Assembly: GCF_001194135.2 (NCBI RefSeq)
Contig: NC_068981.1
Coordinates: 158,180,356-158,244,355, forward strand
From: Octopus bimaculoides
Lineage: Eukaryota
DNA length: 64,000 bases
Direction: 5' to 3'
Shown: positions 35,542 to 48,839 of the stretch, piece after piece
How positions within the stretch are numbered: position 1 is the first letter of the stretch
Layout of the letters: the number at the start of each line of letters is the position of its first letter
The notes under the pieces: model-generated
Database searches by the model: none
What the model was told of the DNA's origin: nothing
The model's input: the letters and a program-made list of their open reading frames with translations, nothing else
Position numbers and translations under genes: made by a program

Positions 35542-37339
35542 GGTCCTAACAAAATAGACACATTAGATAATATAATGTGGTCTTGGATTCCTCCTTACCT
35601 AGGAAATAGCTGAGATGCGTCCCACTCGTCATCTGGAGGACTTATTCTTTACCACAACCACTTTTTTCTTTCAGAGGTTATGAATATAATTATAAAAACT
35701 GTTAACAATACATATACTTGTACGCATACCTGACTATATATATGACAGGCTATTTATTGTACCATGTGAAAGAGAATATTTCATAGTTCTTTCTTTCTGT
35801 CACACACACGAAATCTTTTTCTCCTTACGTATTTTTTTACCTCGTAGTTTGCTTTCTTGTCTTTCCAGTCCTTTTCCCTCTACTCTCTTTATCTGTCTCT
35901 CTATATATTTTCCTTACAACACCAGAACTTTTCTATTACGTAGTATGTGTGTCAGACCTTCACTAGTTTTTTAAGACTCTGTTTTCTTGATGTTAAGACA
36001 TTGCATATCAGCAATGTCCATTCCAATATATTGAAGATATCTAAGACTATATTATCTCATTATAGATAATAGTCTTAACCCTAGACTATGTCCTCCCCTT
36101 TTAATAAGATGAGTTTTATCACTCACAGACAGTGAGTATTTGGTCGCTGTTCCTTACTGGTCGAACTATCAGGCAGTTTTTTTTTGTTTTTTTCTTAGCT
36201 GTCTATCTATTTTGTCAGTCTACGTACGTCTTTTATTGTTTGTTATCGCATACTTACACACTAGTCGGCATCAAACACCTCACTTTAGACGGGAGAGGCG
36301 AAGGGAAAGCGCGCTTGATTCCGTATTTGTATGCGTATATAAGTGTGTTTGTTGTTGGCTATTATATCCATGTGAAAGGTTGAATAGCTATGTGTGAATG
36401 TATGCCTAGCCTGGCTCTAATTACTGAACATTTCATTAAAATGTCCAATTTCCTGCCATTTTATAATAGCGAACTGTGAGATTTCAGTCTAACTCGTTTT
36501 CACTGGTGCACTCCCGCTTTTTTCGCACGTATACACAGTACACGCACACTCTACACACACAAATCTAAATAAAAAAAATTTACACATTTAAACATACATT
36601 TATGCTGTCAAACACATACATACATATATTTCTTAAAGTAAATTAAACATAACCACAGACTCACAAACTCATACGCAGTGAAAATAGCTACCTCTTTGTT
36701 ATTCTTCCTCACACCTTTACCTGTTACACACATATACACTCTCTCTGTTTCTCTCTCTCTCTGCCTCTAACCGTTAATTTCTATATCTCTCTATTTCATT
36801 CCCTCCCTCTGTCTTTTCCTCTTTCTATCTATGTCCGCATCTTTGTCTGGAGACTCATTTAACGGTAATCAGTTTTGTCATCACATCAGCAGCCACTGAC
36901 ACCTTCTTGGTGTGGGGGGAGTCACTCCCAGTTGACACACATAACTACATACATTTATATATATATACATACATTCATTCATATATATAGTGTGTGTGTG
37001 TATATATATTTGTTTATCTAAGTGTGTGCATATATAATACGTCGGTCTCTCTTCCTTTCTTCAGGTAAGACGTCAACACAGCATTATCTTTGATAACGTA
37101 TTTTCAACTTTAAAATGTTATATATATATATAAGTAAAAATACTAGTTCTAAAATCTGTGTGTGTGTGTGTATATATTTCTTTCGATATAGATATTTTAT
37201 CTGTCGTTCCTTCCCAGCTGTTTTGATGGCGTGTTCGGTAAAATCTGTAAAAAGATTTTATGTATTTATATTTTGGTTTGATATATCACACACTTTGATG
37301 TTCAAGACTGACTTACATTCTCTTGATAGCTACCATCAC

Positions 37340-37375
<36 letters not shown>

Positions 37376-39490
37376 ATATTTATATTTGTGCAAGCATGTT
37401 TCTGTATAAATACATGTATACTTGTTGATTTGTGCGTAATTAAATTAACAATATGTATGTACTCTTATATATACCCAATACATGTGTTAATACAAACACA
37501 GGCTCACTCATACAGGCACACAATTGAAATTATTATTCTGTTAATAAATTGTAAATGTGTATCTTTACGTGTTTGTGTGTGTGTGTGTGTAAAAGAAAGA
37601 CACAAAAATATAACTGTTGTTTCAATTAATTAAATAATTCGCTAATCTTTATTCATTGATTGTACGAAAACTTGAAGGCTTTCACACAAAAAGTTTTTGA
37701 GAACTTTCCAGACATTCTTCACCTGTTGACATTATCTTTGTCTGGTCGTCGTTGTTTGATTGGACACCTAGTTGTTCTTCAGTCCTATGTCAGCACACAA
37801 ACTGACCTGGCCCATGATTAAATGCACCCCAGGACTACATTATCCACTGTCTTTTTATTATTATTTTTAGACGGTGGGTTGTGATCTGAGGGAGATTTGG
37901 CTACTGTTTCTAACGCCGAGGCTCTCTTGTAGGCTCGCAGGTCACTTAGTGTATCCTATTGGTGTTTATATTGTTGATTGTACTGATATCTTCATTGCAT
38001 CTTGTTTAACCACACGTCAACTCCGGTTGAATAGACCTATGATAAATGGCATTCCAGCCATGACTATTCCGTCTTTCCCATGTGTATTTTTCCTTCCCTC
38101 AAGGGTTATGATTTGAGAGCGATTTAGTTATTTGTTACACGTAGCGGCTTCCTCGTTGATAGTGTTGTTAATGATGATGATGTTGCTGTTCTCCTACATT
38201 GTTGTTGACGGCTTCTTGTTGACCCCTGATCGGACAGGTCTCCAGTCAACAGTGTTTCTACAGTAACCCTCCTGTCTAATACAACAATCTTTCGGAGAAA
38301 GGATATAAAAACTGAAAGATCGCCTTTAAGACAATTGGGTGAAATATGACCGACATTTGGCTGCTATTTTTGCTGTCTAACCTCAGATTAGCCCTGATTG
38401 AGTTCGCCTATGATAAAATGTGTTTTAGCGGTGACATACTCCCCGCCCTTTTTCTTTTCTTTTATAGCAATTAGTATCTGTAGTTATTTTGTCATTGAAT
38501 TGGTAACGATGGAGTTATTGCATTTATTGCCATAAATAAAAATAAAAAATACTTAATCCATTTTGATGTATGTAATAGCCACAGAAAGCATTCTAGCACT
38601 CTACGTTTCCATATTCGTTTCCTACACATTTTTTACACCTATTAGACTGGTTTGTTATTTTTGTCTTAGTGACTAGGAGTTAAACTATACATTAACCGTA
38701 TATATATTATATATATATATAATATGTAATATATAATATATATGTAATATATATATATATATATATATATANNNNNNNNNNNNNNNNNNNNNNNNNNNNN
38801 NNNNNNNNNNNNNNNNNNNNNNNNNNNNNNNNNNNNNNNNNNNNNNNNNNNNNNNNNNNNNNNNNNNNNNNNNNNNNNNNNNNNNNNNNNNNNNNNNNNN
38901 NNNNNNNNNNNNNNNNNNNNNNNNNNNNNNNNNNNNNNNNNNNNNNNNNNNNNNNNNNNNNNNNNNNNNNNNNNNNNNNNNNNNNNNNNNNNNNNNNNNN
39001 NNNNNNNNNNNNNNNNNNNNNNNNNNNNNNNNNNNNNNNNNNNNNNNNNNNNNNNNNNNNNNNNNNNNNNNNNNNNNNNNNNNNNNNNNNNNNNNNNNNN
39101 NNNNNNNNNNNNNNNNNNNNNNNNNNNNNNNNNNNNNNNNNNNNNNNNNNNNNNNNNNNNNNNNNNNNNNNNNNNNNNNNNNNNNNNNNNNNNNNNNNNN
39201 NNNNNNNNNNNNNNNNNNNNNNNNNNNNNNNNNNNNNNNNNNNNNNNNNNNNNNNNNNNNNNNNNNNNNNNNNNNNNNNNNNNNNNNNNNNNNNNNNNNN
39301 NNNNNNNNNNNNNNNNNNNNNNNNNNNNNNNNNNNNNNNNNNNNNNNNNNNNNNNNNNNNNNNNNNNNNNNNNNNNNNNNNNNNNNNNNNNNNNNNNNNN
39401 NNNNNNNNNNNNNATATATAATATATATATATATGTAATATATAATATATATATATATGTAATATATAATATATATATATATGTAATATA

Positions 39491-39526
<36 letters not shown>

Positions 39527-40133
39527 TTTCGCTCTATCTTTTTTCTATATTATTGATTCCATTGCTTAACTTATGCACGAATATTCTCGCTTCGTCTGCG
39601 AAATATTTATTCCTATTACCTATATATATAATCTATGTGTGTGCGGGCGCGTTTTCACGTAAACGAAAAAAGAAAAAGCATGTTGCATGCGGTAAATATT
39701 AGATAATATTGTCGTGATTTACTGTAGACTGCTGCAATGTCAAGTAGTTAATTCATATGCAAAAAAAAAAAAAAAAAAAGTGATTGGGTCAGCATGTGTC
39801 TTTTTCTGCGTAATTAGTTACCTGTACCTTACAGGTCGTTGTACGACTACCCGAAGTATGTGAAAGGGCGGGTGTTTCAGCTTAGTGCTTCTCTGGGACC
39901 CTGCCCCTTTGAATGTATTATGTGTGTGTATACAGTGCAAGTTTCAGTAATGTTTATTCTTTTCGTTAATCAGTTATTCATCAAACAATAAAATATTACG
40001 ATTTCAAGAATTGATACTTTCATAGGGTATGCTTCTGTACAGAACCTGTTACTGAAAAATAAACAAACTTTTATATAAATTAACATATATTACGACTTTA
40101 ACATGACTTAATCTTTGTTTCCAACAATGTATT

Positions 40134-40510
40134 GTTGTTGGCACTCCGTCGCTTACGACGTCGAGGGTTCCAGTTGATCCGATCATGGGAACAGCCTGCT
40201 CGTGAAATTAACGTGCAAATGGCTGAGCACTCCACAGACACGTGTACCCTTAACGTAGTTTTCGGGGATATTCAGAGTGACACAGTGTGACAAGGCTGAA
40301 TTACAGGTACAACAGAAACAGGAAGTAAGAGCGAAAGAAAGTTGTGGTGGAAGAGTTCAGCAGGGTTCGCCACCATCCCCTGTCAGAGCCTTGTGGAGCT
40401 TTAGGTTGTTTTCGCTCAATAAACACTCACAACGCCCGGTCTGGGAATCGAAACCGCGCTCCTATGATCGCGAGTCCGCTGCCCTAACCACAGGGCCATT
40501 GCGCCTCCAC
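40134..40510 (-). mobile_element. SINE family D (tRNA-like head), full length, 13-bp TSD
   Basis: The head reads gtggaggcgcaatggccctgtggttagggcagcggactc..gtttcgattccc. TSD CCAACAATGTATT at 40121-40133 and 40511-40523. Confidence 0.9.
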
Positions 40511-41506
40511 CCAACAATGTATTATGAATAGATCAAATCACGAAACTGTAAGAACTCAATTATCGTAAAGAAAATTTACCAGTTCTGTGCGCAGTGAGCA
40601 CACGCAGAATGTAAATCCCTTATTCCTCATACGTAGAGCGTCTGACCACATCTATGATAAAACAATGACCAACCATTTTTTTTCTTGAAATTGGATCATA
40701 TTATTCAAGGGCAGGTGTGATTTGAGAGAGATCTGCTTACTCTTTCCACTATATCGAATTTACGTGTGTATAATCTCTCGAGTGTGTCCGCTCTTGTGTG
40801 AATAAAATAGTGCTTATATTATATTGCTTTGTAATAAATAATAGAAATGCATAAGCTGTATGCATTTCCAAACTTAGAAGAAAATGAAATCAGATATGAC
40901 AAGTAAGATGATAAGGTTTATATTTTTAGATAAAATTTCTGTAAAGTACATTCTGGCAATCAATTTCTGACACTTCTGCATAGTTATCTGCCTGAAATGC
41001 AAAGGTAAGTACAGCTTGTCAGTACATCATTGATTACATGCTAAACTCATGTCTCGTTCTGTTATAACGAAAATATGTGCGCGCCCGTGCGCTCACACTT
41101 TTCCACACATTCACACTAAGCGGCATCACGTAAGTTGTTTTCCTTGCGAATTGAGCTTAGAATAAAACTCTAATACAATCTGCAGCTGCAGATGTTTTCA
41201 ATGTTAAAAAAAATTTGAAAGGGGTCATAGATGACATTTTCACAATCTTTCATGTTTACATGTGGTGCTTTTGAAGATTCGCTGAATCGCCTTTCAATTA
41301 TTACGGTATTTAGTTACAACCCTTTCCGTTCTCAATGCTAATATCACAGATATTCACTTTGCCTTTCCTAATTCCGGAGTTAACATAAAATACCAGGCAT
41401 GTAATTAATTTTTTTCCCCTATAATACAAGAGCGGAATTTTGTCTACATTCGAATTTCAAATTCTCTTTTGATGAAGTCTCTAAACACACACCCATTCAT
41501 ATATTA

Positions 41507-41550
<44 letters not shown>

Positions 41551-41555
<5 letters not shown>

Positions 41556-41855
41556 AGGAGTGGCTGTGTGGTAAGTAGCTTGCTTACCAACCACATGGTT
41601 CCGGGTTCAATCCCACTGCGTGGCACCTTGTGAGTGGATTTGGTAGACGGAAACTGAAAGAAGCCTGCCCTATATAATATATATGTGTGTCTGTGTTTGT
41701 GCCCCACCATCGCTTGACAACTGATGTTGGTGTGTTTACGTCCCCATAACTTAGCGGATCGGCAAAAGAGACTGATAGAATAAGTACTAGGCTTACAAAA
41801 GATAAGTCCTAGGGTCGATTTGTTCCAGTATGGCCGCAGTCAAATGACTGAAGCA
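41551..41855 (+). mobile_element. SINE family A with internal deletions
   Basis: Intact head. The deletion joins ggcaCCTTG to aaagCCTTGtgagtgg (5-nt microhomology), and a second deletion lies near the tail. Confidence 0.9.
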
Positions 41856-41929
41856 AATCTACTACATATGTGGAAAATCGTTTGTGGCGTTGTTAGCTAA
41901 CTCCTCTTACATCGTTTTATTTTGATGAA

Positions 41930-42360
41930 ACTTGACACATGAGTAGAACTCGTGTCTGGAAACGTCGTGACATACTTAGATTGTTGAAAAAAAAATGATA
42001 GTACGGCCCCTGGAAGGGACCTTTATATCTACCTCATATAACTAATTAAAAAAAAAACATGCAAGGGAAATAACCCATAGATCTTGTACAATATTTTTTA
42101 AACACTCAAGGGAAATAACCCATTTCATTGTTTATGTTCGAATAATTTGAATATTGATTTTTTTGTGTGTCCTATTTCAAATTTTTGCAGACAATATCAC
42201 TTTTATACTTTATTTGACACGTGAGTAGAACTCATGTCTGGAAACAACCTCGTGACATACTTAAATTTTTTAAAAAATCGATAATAGGGCCCTTCCAATG
42301 GATCCTTCCATCTACTACATATTACCTATTTTATTTAAACAGCCCAAGGGAAATAATCCA
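41930..42360. repeat. Two diverged tandem copies (about 285-bp period) of an unclassified element
   Basis: ttgacac(a/g)tgagtagaactc(g/a)tgtctggaaac..cgtgacatactta..aagggaaataa occurs at about 41933 and about 42216. Confidence 0.7.
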
Positions 42361-42934
42361 TACCACCTGCAGATTTTAGTAAAGCAATCAATATTTGATT
42401 TTCATAATCAGCCGACCTAATTCTGCATTTCACTACTCACCGTTTTAAACTGCTAAACATTAATATTGCACTTCCTTAATTTGAATCTTAAACATTAAAG
42501 ACTTCATTCATTTCTATACATACATACTTTTTTGAATGCCTATTACTCCGATAATTCTGTATTTTTACAGTTAAACTTTTTCCATGACAGTAGATAATTT
42601 TTTTATTCCACAACATATTTGTAGTGGCTTCATGCAGACATAGCATAGATTCAATCCTTGGTTGCCAAATTTCACTTAACACTTCAACAGCACTTATCTC
42701 ACGGTAAAACAATAGTTTTTCTGTGAATGATATCAACTATACATTTCCCAGCTGCCTTCACTAAGCAGAATAATGTCTTTGCCTCTCACCAACCTCCGAC
42801 AACTTCTCTCACCAACCTCCATAAACCTCTCTCGCCGATCTCCAATAATCTCTCCCTCCTCCAACTGACAGTTGTTTGATCTTTTCCGTGACAGAAAATA
42901 CACATTTTGTGGCAGTTATAACAAAATTGCTTTG

Positions 42935-43663
42935 TTTCAGATGCACATTACCAAGATGGTAACAAACTGCAGACAACTGTTGGGGTGGATACTAATGTCC
43001 TTCGAGAAAAGAGACTAAGAAATCATGTTCACCTTGTGGAAAACCTTTGTTCTCAGCTGCCTGGACTACTGCTCTCAGTTGTGGTCATCACATAGTGCTA
43101 GATTAATATCAGAGCTTGAAGCGGTCCAATATTACTACACGAAAAAGATTGTAACAGTGCAGCAGATGAACTACAGGGAGAGGTTGAAAAAATATGACTT
43201 TACTCCCTGGAGTAAAAACACAACAGATATGTAATAATCTATGTATGCAAAATTCTGAAAGAGTTAGTTCCTAATTTCAGCATGAAGTGTTATACAAATA
43301 ACTGAACTGGATGCCATTGCATTGTTTCAAAGGTACCATCCACCTCATCTAAAGTCAGGACCAGGTATTGCAACAGCTTAGGGTTCAGAAGCCCACAATT
43401 CTTCAATAGTGTACTGGACATTCTCCTATCTACAGTTCCAATGAATGAACAGCCCAGCATGAGATACACATATAAAGGCAGCAATGTCAAACTCCCTCAT
43501 ACACCAAATGGGCCAACAACCAAGCAGAAAAGCACATGCAAGGAGTGGTGACATGAAATCCCACCACCCTGAAGAAATCAGCTGAAGATCAATGTCTAAA
43601 AGTACAAAATCATAGTGGTACTCCAGCATGACCACAGCCATGTAGCTGAAACAAATAAAAGAA
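42935..43663 (+). mobile_element. CR1-type LINE, 5'-truncated 3' end
   Basis: LGWILMSF..LWKTFVLSCLDYCSQLWS..LEAVQ..YTKKI..NYRERLKK, the CR1-group ORF2 C-terminal pattern. The 3' end resembles the SINE A tail. Confidence 0.85.
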
Positions 43664-43769
43664 TTATATATGTATGAGTGTTATATGTGCAAGTTATATA
43701 TAAATATATGTATATATATATGATAGATCGCTGACCAAACACCATTCAATTGTTTTTATCCTTGTTTTC

Positions 43770-43900
43770 TCCATATTCTTTCTGTTGAAGAGCGTAGCTC
43801 GAAATGTTAAAGACTTTCTGTATTCCCGAGCGTCAAACTAATACATCCTTTTGTTGTTTACACCACTTGTCCTCGTCTGTTGTTGTTTTTTTTCGTACAT
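43770..43900 (+). mobile_element. Possible Penelope-type pseudo-LTR with a degenerate hammerhead-like motif
   Basis: UCUUU CUGUUGA A GAGC-gua-GCUC GAAAUGUU AAAGA (43777-43813). The helices pair, but core position 6 is U rather than A. Confidence 0.4.
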
Positions 43901-44159
43901 TCTCCCATATATATATATATATATATAAATATATAAAACAGAGTTTGTGTGTGTGTGTATGTTCCTCCTGTTGCAAATTTTAATGTATGAGGTATCAAAA
44001 GATTTAGTAATCTTTTGGCTACCAACTAAAGAATGTTTTTTGCACAACTCTTTTACTATAATAATAACCTTGAAAACGAGATTTGGTCACACAATTTTGG
44101 GGGTGGTATTTACTTAAGGGAGACAACTCTGCCTGAACACTCCATGTGTTAGATAGAGC

Positions 44160-44950
44160 ATCTGTTTTGGCTTTGGCATGGTTTCTATGGTTGGATATCT
44201 TTCTTAATGCCAACCTCTTTACAGTGTGTACTGGGGGCTTTTTGACGACACTGACACTACTGAAGGTATTGATTAACTTGCACGATAAAGGAAAGAAGTA
44301 GAAAAGGCGCTCTTGACCAAATGGGAGTGTATTTGAAAGAGGGGAAGGTGTTGAAAACTAAAGTATGATAGAGGGACAAGCACAGATTTCTTACTATAGC
44401 AGAGATACTTAGCTACACTGGTATATATGAGGGTGTGTAAGAGTAACTGAAAGGAAGGTAAAGCTGATGGTGACACATTGTATTCCCATGGTACAAGGTG
44501 AGAGTATGGGAAAATACAGACAGTGGATCAAGAGGAGGGAAAGTGAGGATCATCTCAGATTATAGATGAGACTAGAGGTGGATGTGAGTGATGAGCAAAG
44601 GTGGAGGTGTGGTTAGTGGTAAATATCAATATGGATGGGGGAAGGTGAGAGAAATATAACTAGCTCAGGAAAAAGGAGCTGACAAAAGGTGGCACAGGAG
44701 GACAGAATGCAACAGTGTCATATATCTGTAGTCAAATTGGAAAGTAGGGAGATAAAGTGCAGAATGTTAAAGTGAAGGAGAAAAATGAGCAGTGGTAGAG
44801 ATGGAGATTAGAGGTACATAAGGGTGGCTATTGTGAGTGGGTAGGATGACAAAGATGGGGAGAGCATCAGTAGTGGATATGAGAGGGTTTTGATATCTAA
44901 AATGTAGCTCAGAAGGGAGGGGCAGATAACTCAAGGCGCAGAAAACAGGC
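44160..44950 (-). mobile_element. RTE-type tail preceded by a pyrimidine-rich body of unknown origin
   Basis: 44160-44270 is the reverse complement of the RTE tail. 44280-44950 is purine-rich on the plus strand and weakly similar to 46830-47420. Confidence 0.45.
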
Positions 44951-45494
44951 GAATGGTGGGAAATAATGTAAAAACAGATGATGAGAATGAGGAATGGGAT
45001 TTAAAAGTGGTAGCACAAAAGTGGGATGACGTATGTGCCAATTCTGCCCTCAAATGCTTACAACAGCTGTGTAGTGTCATAGAAGATCAATGGCGGAATC
45101 TATGTGTGTGTGTTGGTGTAGGTATCTATATACACACCTACATATATGCACATATATATATTAATATATGAATGTGTATATTTATATTGTGGCTATAAGG
45201 GTCTTTGACTCTAGTTTCTAGCAGTGTAGGCTACCCTGCATCCTCAGTCACTATTAGTGACAATTGAATTTTCCTTTTTGGTTTTATACTGTGTCTAGCC
45301 ACCTTTGTTATTATATATATATATATAAGTTAAAATTAAAGTTAAAGTTTAACTGTAAAATTTGAAATTTACATGTTGGGTAGGTCCCTAGTAATATGCC
45401 GATATAGCACATTCACAGCCTATGGCTACTTGGTGTCATCTATGGTAGTTGTATAATCATCTACATTAGGAATTCCTCAGTATGCATTGAATAT

Positions 45495-45797
45495 AACAGA
45501 AACAATAGATACAGAAGATGGAGTATATTGGAAACTTTATCACAATGATCATTTCAACACAGCCTGCATCGCTCCCTTGTGAGTGAGAAACTATGCAGTG
45601 AATTATGGTGCATCCTACGATGCAGAAGCATCTCTACATGCAAGTTTCCCATTACATAAGTAATGAATGTTTCACTCTTAATCTTAACATGTTGATAGCA
45701 GTTGTATCTAAAATACATTTAGATACGATGCAGGATGTGGTGAATGTTGTGATAAATAAAGTTTCCAATATACTCTATATTCTATATCCATTGCTTC

Positions 45798-45800
<3 letters not shown>
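45495..45800. mobile_element. Foldback/MITE-like element
   Basis: About 75-bp imperfect inverted arms (gagtatattggaaacttta..cctgcatcg / cgatgcagg..taaagtttccaatatactc). Confidence 0.7.
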
Positions 45801-45839
<39 letters not shown>

Positions 45840-45844
<5 letters not shown>

Positions 45845-46205
45845 GGAGTGACTGTGTGGTAAGTAGCTTGCTTACCAACCACATGGTTCCGGGTTCATTC
45901 CCACTGAGTGGCATCTTGGGCAAGTGTCTTCTACTATAGCATCGGGCCGTCCGAAGCCTTGTGAGTGGATTTGGTAGACGGAAACTGAAAGAAGCTTGTA
46001 TATATGTATATATGTGTGTGTATTTGTATGTGTGTCTGTGTTTGTCCCCCCAACATCGCTTGACAACCGATGGTGGTGTGTTTACATCCCCGTAACCTAG
46101 CAGTTCAGCAAAAGAAACTGATAGAATAAGTACTAGGCTTACAAAGAATAAGTCCTGGGGTCGATTTGCTCGATTAAAGGCGGAGCTCCAGCATGGCCAC
46201 AGTCA
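45840..46205 (+). mobile_element. SINE family A, near full length
   Basis: Head gcaggagtgactgtgtggtaagtagcttgc..ccgggttcattccc through ctccagcatggccacagtc. Confidence 0.9.
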
Positions 46206-46400
46206 GCTTGCATGAAAGGAAAAGAAAACACAATATCCTGTACAAAAATAAAATTGTTTTAAAAAATCAAAAAATATCAACCAGATTGTGGCTGAGAGAT
46301 AAGTTGACTCAAAGTAGCCACCTTCAGCTTCCACCACAGCTTCAAGACAGCTCCAGAAGCTGATGCATGTATTCCTCGATATGTATGTATGTATGTATGT

Positions 46401-46432
<32 letters not shown>

Positions 46433-46494
46433 GTATGTAAGACTGATTAATTAGGAAGAGAATTAAGTTAGATGATTTGGTTTCGTATTGTACT

Positions 46495-46805
46495 AGAGAG
46501 AAGTACAGCTGATGCCCTCTTTTCTAGTAAGACAAATGCAGCAGAAGTTTAAAGTGATTCTACTTGGCATTCATTGACTTGGATGAAGCCTTTGACAGGG
46601 CCTCTCACTCTGTGATCTGATGGTCTTTGAGGAAGCTAGAGGTAGACAAATGGCTTGTGAGAGCCATGCAAGTTATGTGTAGGAATGCTGTCAGTAAGGT
46701 GAGTGTTGGCAACAAGAACTGCATTGAATTTAGTGACCAGGTAGGAGTTTGCCAATCCTTGGCTCTCAGTCTTCTGTTCGTTATAGTCTTCCAAGCCACA
46801 ACATT
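46495..46805 (+). mobile_element. RTE-clade reverse transcriptase fragment
   Basis: STADALFLVRQMQ..YLAFIDLDEAFDR..WSLRKLEVDKWLVRAMQVM..VSKVSVG..VGVCQ..LSLLFVIV. Confidence 0.85.
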
Positions 46806-47850
46806 TTGGATTACACTGGAGAAAGGTAGCTTTATGCTTGGTGATGAGAGGTTAAAATATGAAAGAAGAAGCAGAACAGGTTTCTTGCTGTAGAGAAGAT
46901 TACATAGCTACTGCATTATAGAGTAGGTGAGTGTAATTGTGGTGGTACTGGAGGGATAAAGATGGTGGTGATGAGTTATCAGAGTGTCTCTGAGGATACC
47001 AGAAGGTGAATAGAGGTGAATGGAAGCAGAAGAGTCAGAATGGTGTATGGTTTGAGATAAGGTAGGGGAATGAATATAATGAATGCTGAATAAGGATTAA
47101 GGATAATTAATGATAAATATAAGTGGGTAAAGGAAAGTAGGTGAAGACTAGAGATTAGGAAGAGTTGAGGAGTAAATACAGAGAATGGTGGACAAGGGTG
47201 AAAGAGTGATATATGAGTTGAAGGGAACTAGTGGAGTGTAGGTGGTGACTGGCGGTACAGAAAGGGTTGAAGAACAGCAGAAAAGTAATCATAATACAGT
47301 AGAGAGGAGAGAAATGGTGATGAGATGTGAATAGGTAAGAGAGGGAGAGAGATGAATGTGGTATGAGTAATATAAGATGTAAGTGAAAAAGAATGTTGTT
47401 AAGAATGAAGGATAAATGCCAAGTGAGGTGGTCCTGTGATATCAGATTACTTATATCACAGAAAAAGTTAATGAAATATGTAGTTCTGCTGTCATTTAAT
47501 TATAACAGCAGAATACTGCAGTTAAAATGTAATATAGAGATGATGAAGCTATAGGGAAGGCTTGATAACAAAATTGGGTTAGAGTCCCAGATGTATATAT
47601 GCCCAATTACACTTTCAGAACCAAAATAGGCAGGTCTTCTGAAGCAATGCATATTGCCATTTGTCCTGGTTCTATGTCATCCCATCCATGAAGTTCAGTG
47701 TCCTGAGATCAGTTGTATATATGTATGTGTATATATAGATATGTATGTGTNNNNNNNNNNNNNNNNNNNNNNNNNNNNNNNNNNNNNNNNNNNNNNNNNN
47801 NNNNNNNNNNNNNNNNNNNNNNNNNNNNNNNNNNNNNNNNNNNNNNNNNN

Positions 47851-47889
<39 letters not shown>

Positions 47890-47944
47890 ACACACATACA
47901 AACTATGTATACGTACATGCATACATACATGTATATATATCTTG

Positions 47945-48150
47945 TGTTAGTCATTAGACTGCAGCCATACTGGGATACCTACCACCTTGAAGAATTTGGT
48001 TGAATGAATTGACCCCAGTACTTATGTTTTTTAAATCTGGTACTTATTCTGTCTCTTTTGCCAAAATGAGACATAAACATTCCGACACTAGTTGTCAAGT
48101 GGTGATGGGGACAAACACAGACAGAAGGACACACAAGCATGAACCCCATG

Positions 48151-48195
<45 letters not shown>

Positions 48196-48350
48196 CATAC
48201 ACACACACATATGCACATGTGATGGGCTTCTTTCAATTTCCATCTACTTAATCCACTCACAAGGCTTTGGTTGTCCCAAGTCTATAGTAAAATACACTTA
48301 CCCAAGGAGCCAGGTAGTTAGGAAGCCAGCTTATCATACAGCCACACCTT
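47945..48350 (-). mobile_element. SINE family A, diverged and CpG-decayed
   Basis: Reverse complement of the family A tail, body and head (gggcttctttcaatttcc..aatccactcacaaggctttgg). Confidence 0.8.
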
Positions 48351-48401
48351 ATGTATACTTGTATGCACATATATACATATATGAATTATATATATATATA
48401 T

Positions 48402-48540
48402 TTATAGTCAAGCATAAAATCTTTATAAGATTTTATCAAGTAGCCAGTATGTAATAAAGCAATATAAGTTTACTATATATAGGTTTTATTATGCTGGCTG
48501 CTTGATAAATTCTTATAAAGATTTTATCCTTGGCTATATA
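48402..48540. repeat. AT-rich palindromic (foldback) element
   Basis: Arms 48402-48460 and 48483-48540 are imperfect reverse complements. The left arm contains a perfect inner hairpin ATAAAATCTT-tat-AAGATTTTAT. Confidence 0.8.
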
Positions 48541-48633
48541 TAAATATAAATTATTCTGACCAATATATTCACTCTGGTATTATTTTGGGTTGTATATACA
48601 CATGGTTGTGGTGAATGAATTAGATTTAGTTTG

Positions 48634-48839
48634 TATTGGGTTGGTGCATAATTATTGCGGCTTTTTTCAACAAATTTTATTCAACAAAAACAATAACAAT
48701 ATTTAATAAAATACATCTTAAAATGATGGTCTGACTGTCTGCCAAGCAAATAGGAAGTAGATGGTGAATATACTACGGAATAATCATTTAAAGATGTTTT
48801 TGTTGAAAAAAGCCACAATAATTATGCACCAACCCAATA
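48634..48839. mobile_element. Mariner MITE (MADE1/Hsmar1-like TIR) with TA TSD
   Basis: TA ttgggttggtgcataattattgcggcttttttcaacaaa / ttgttgaaaaaagccacaataattatgcaccaacccaa TA. Confidence 0.9.

Noticed and set aside
40440-40510. tRNA gene (and similar heads at 1975-2048, 26760, 41551, 45840, 55860-55931)
   Set aside because: The A/B boxes continue into SINE bodies, one has a TSD, and none forms a complete cloverleaf with an acceptor stem.
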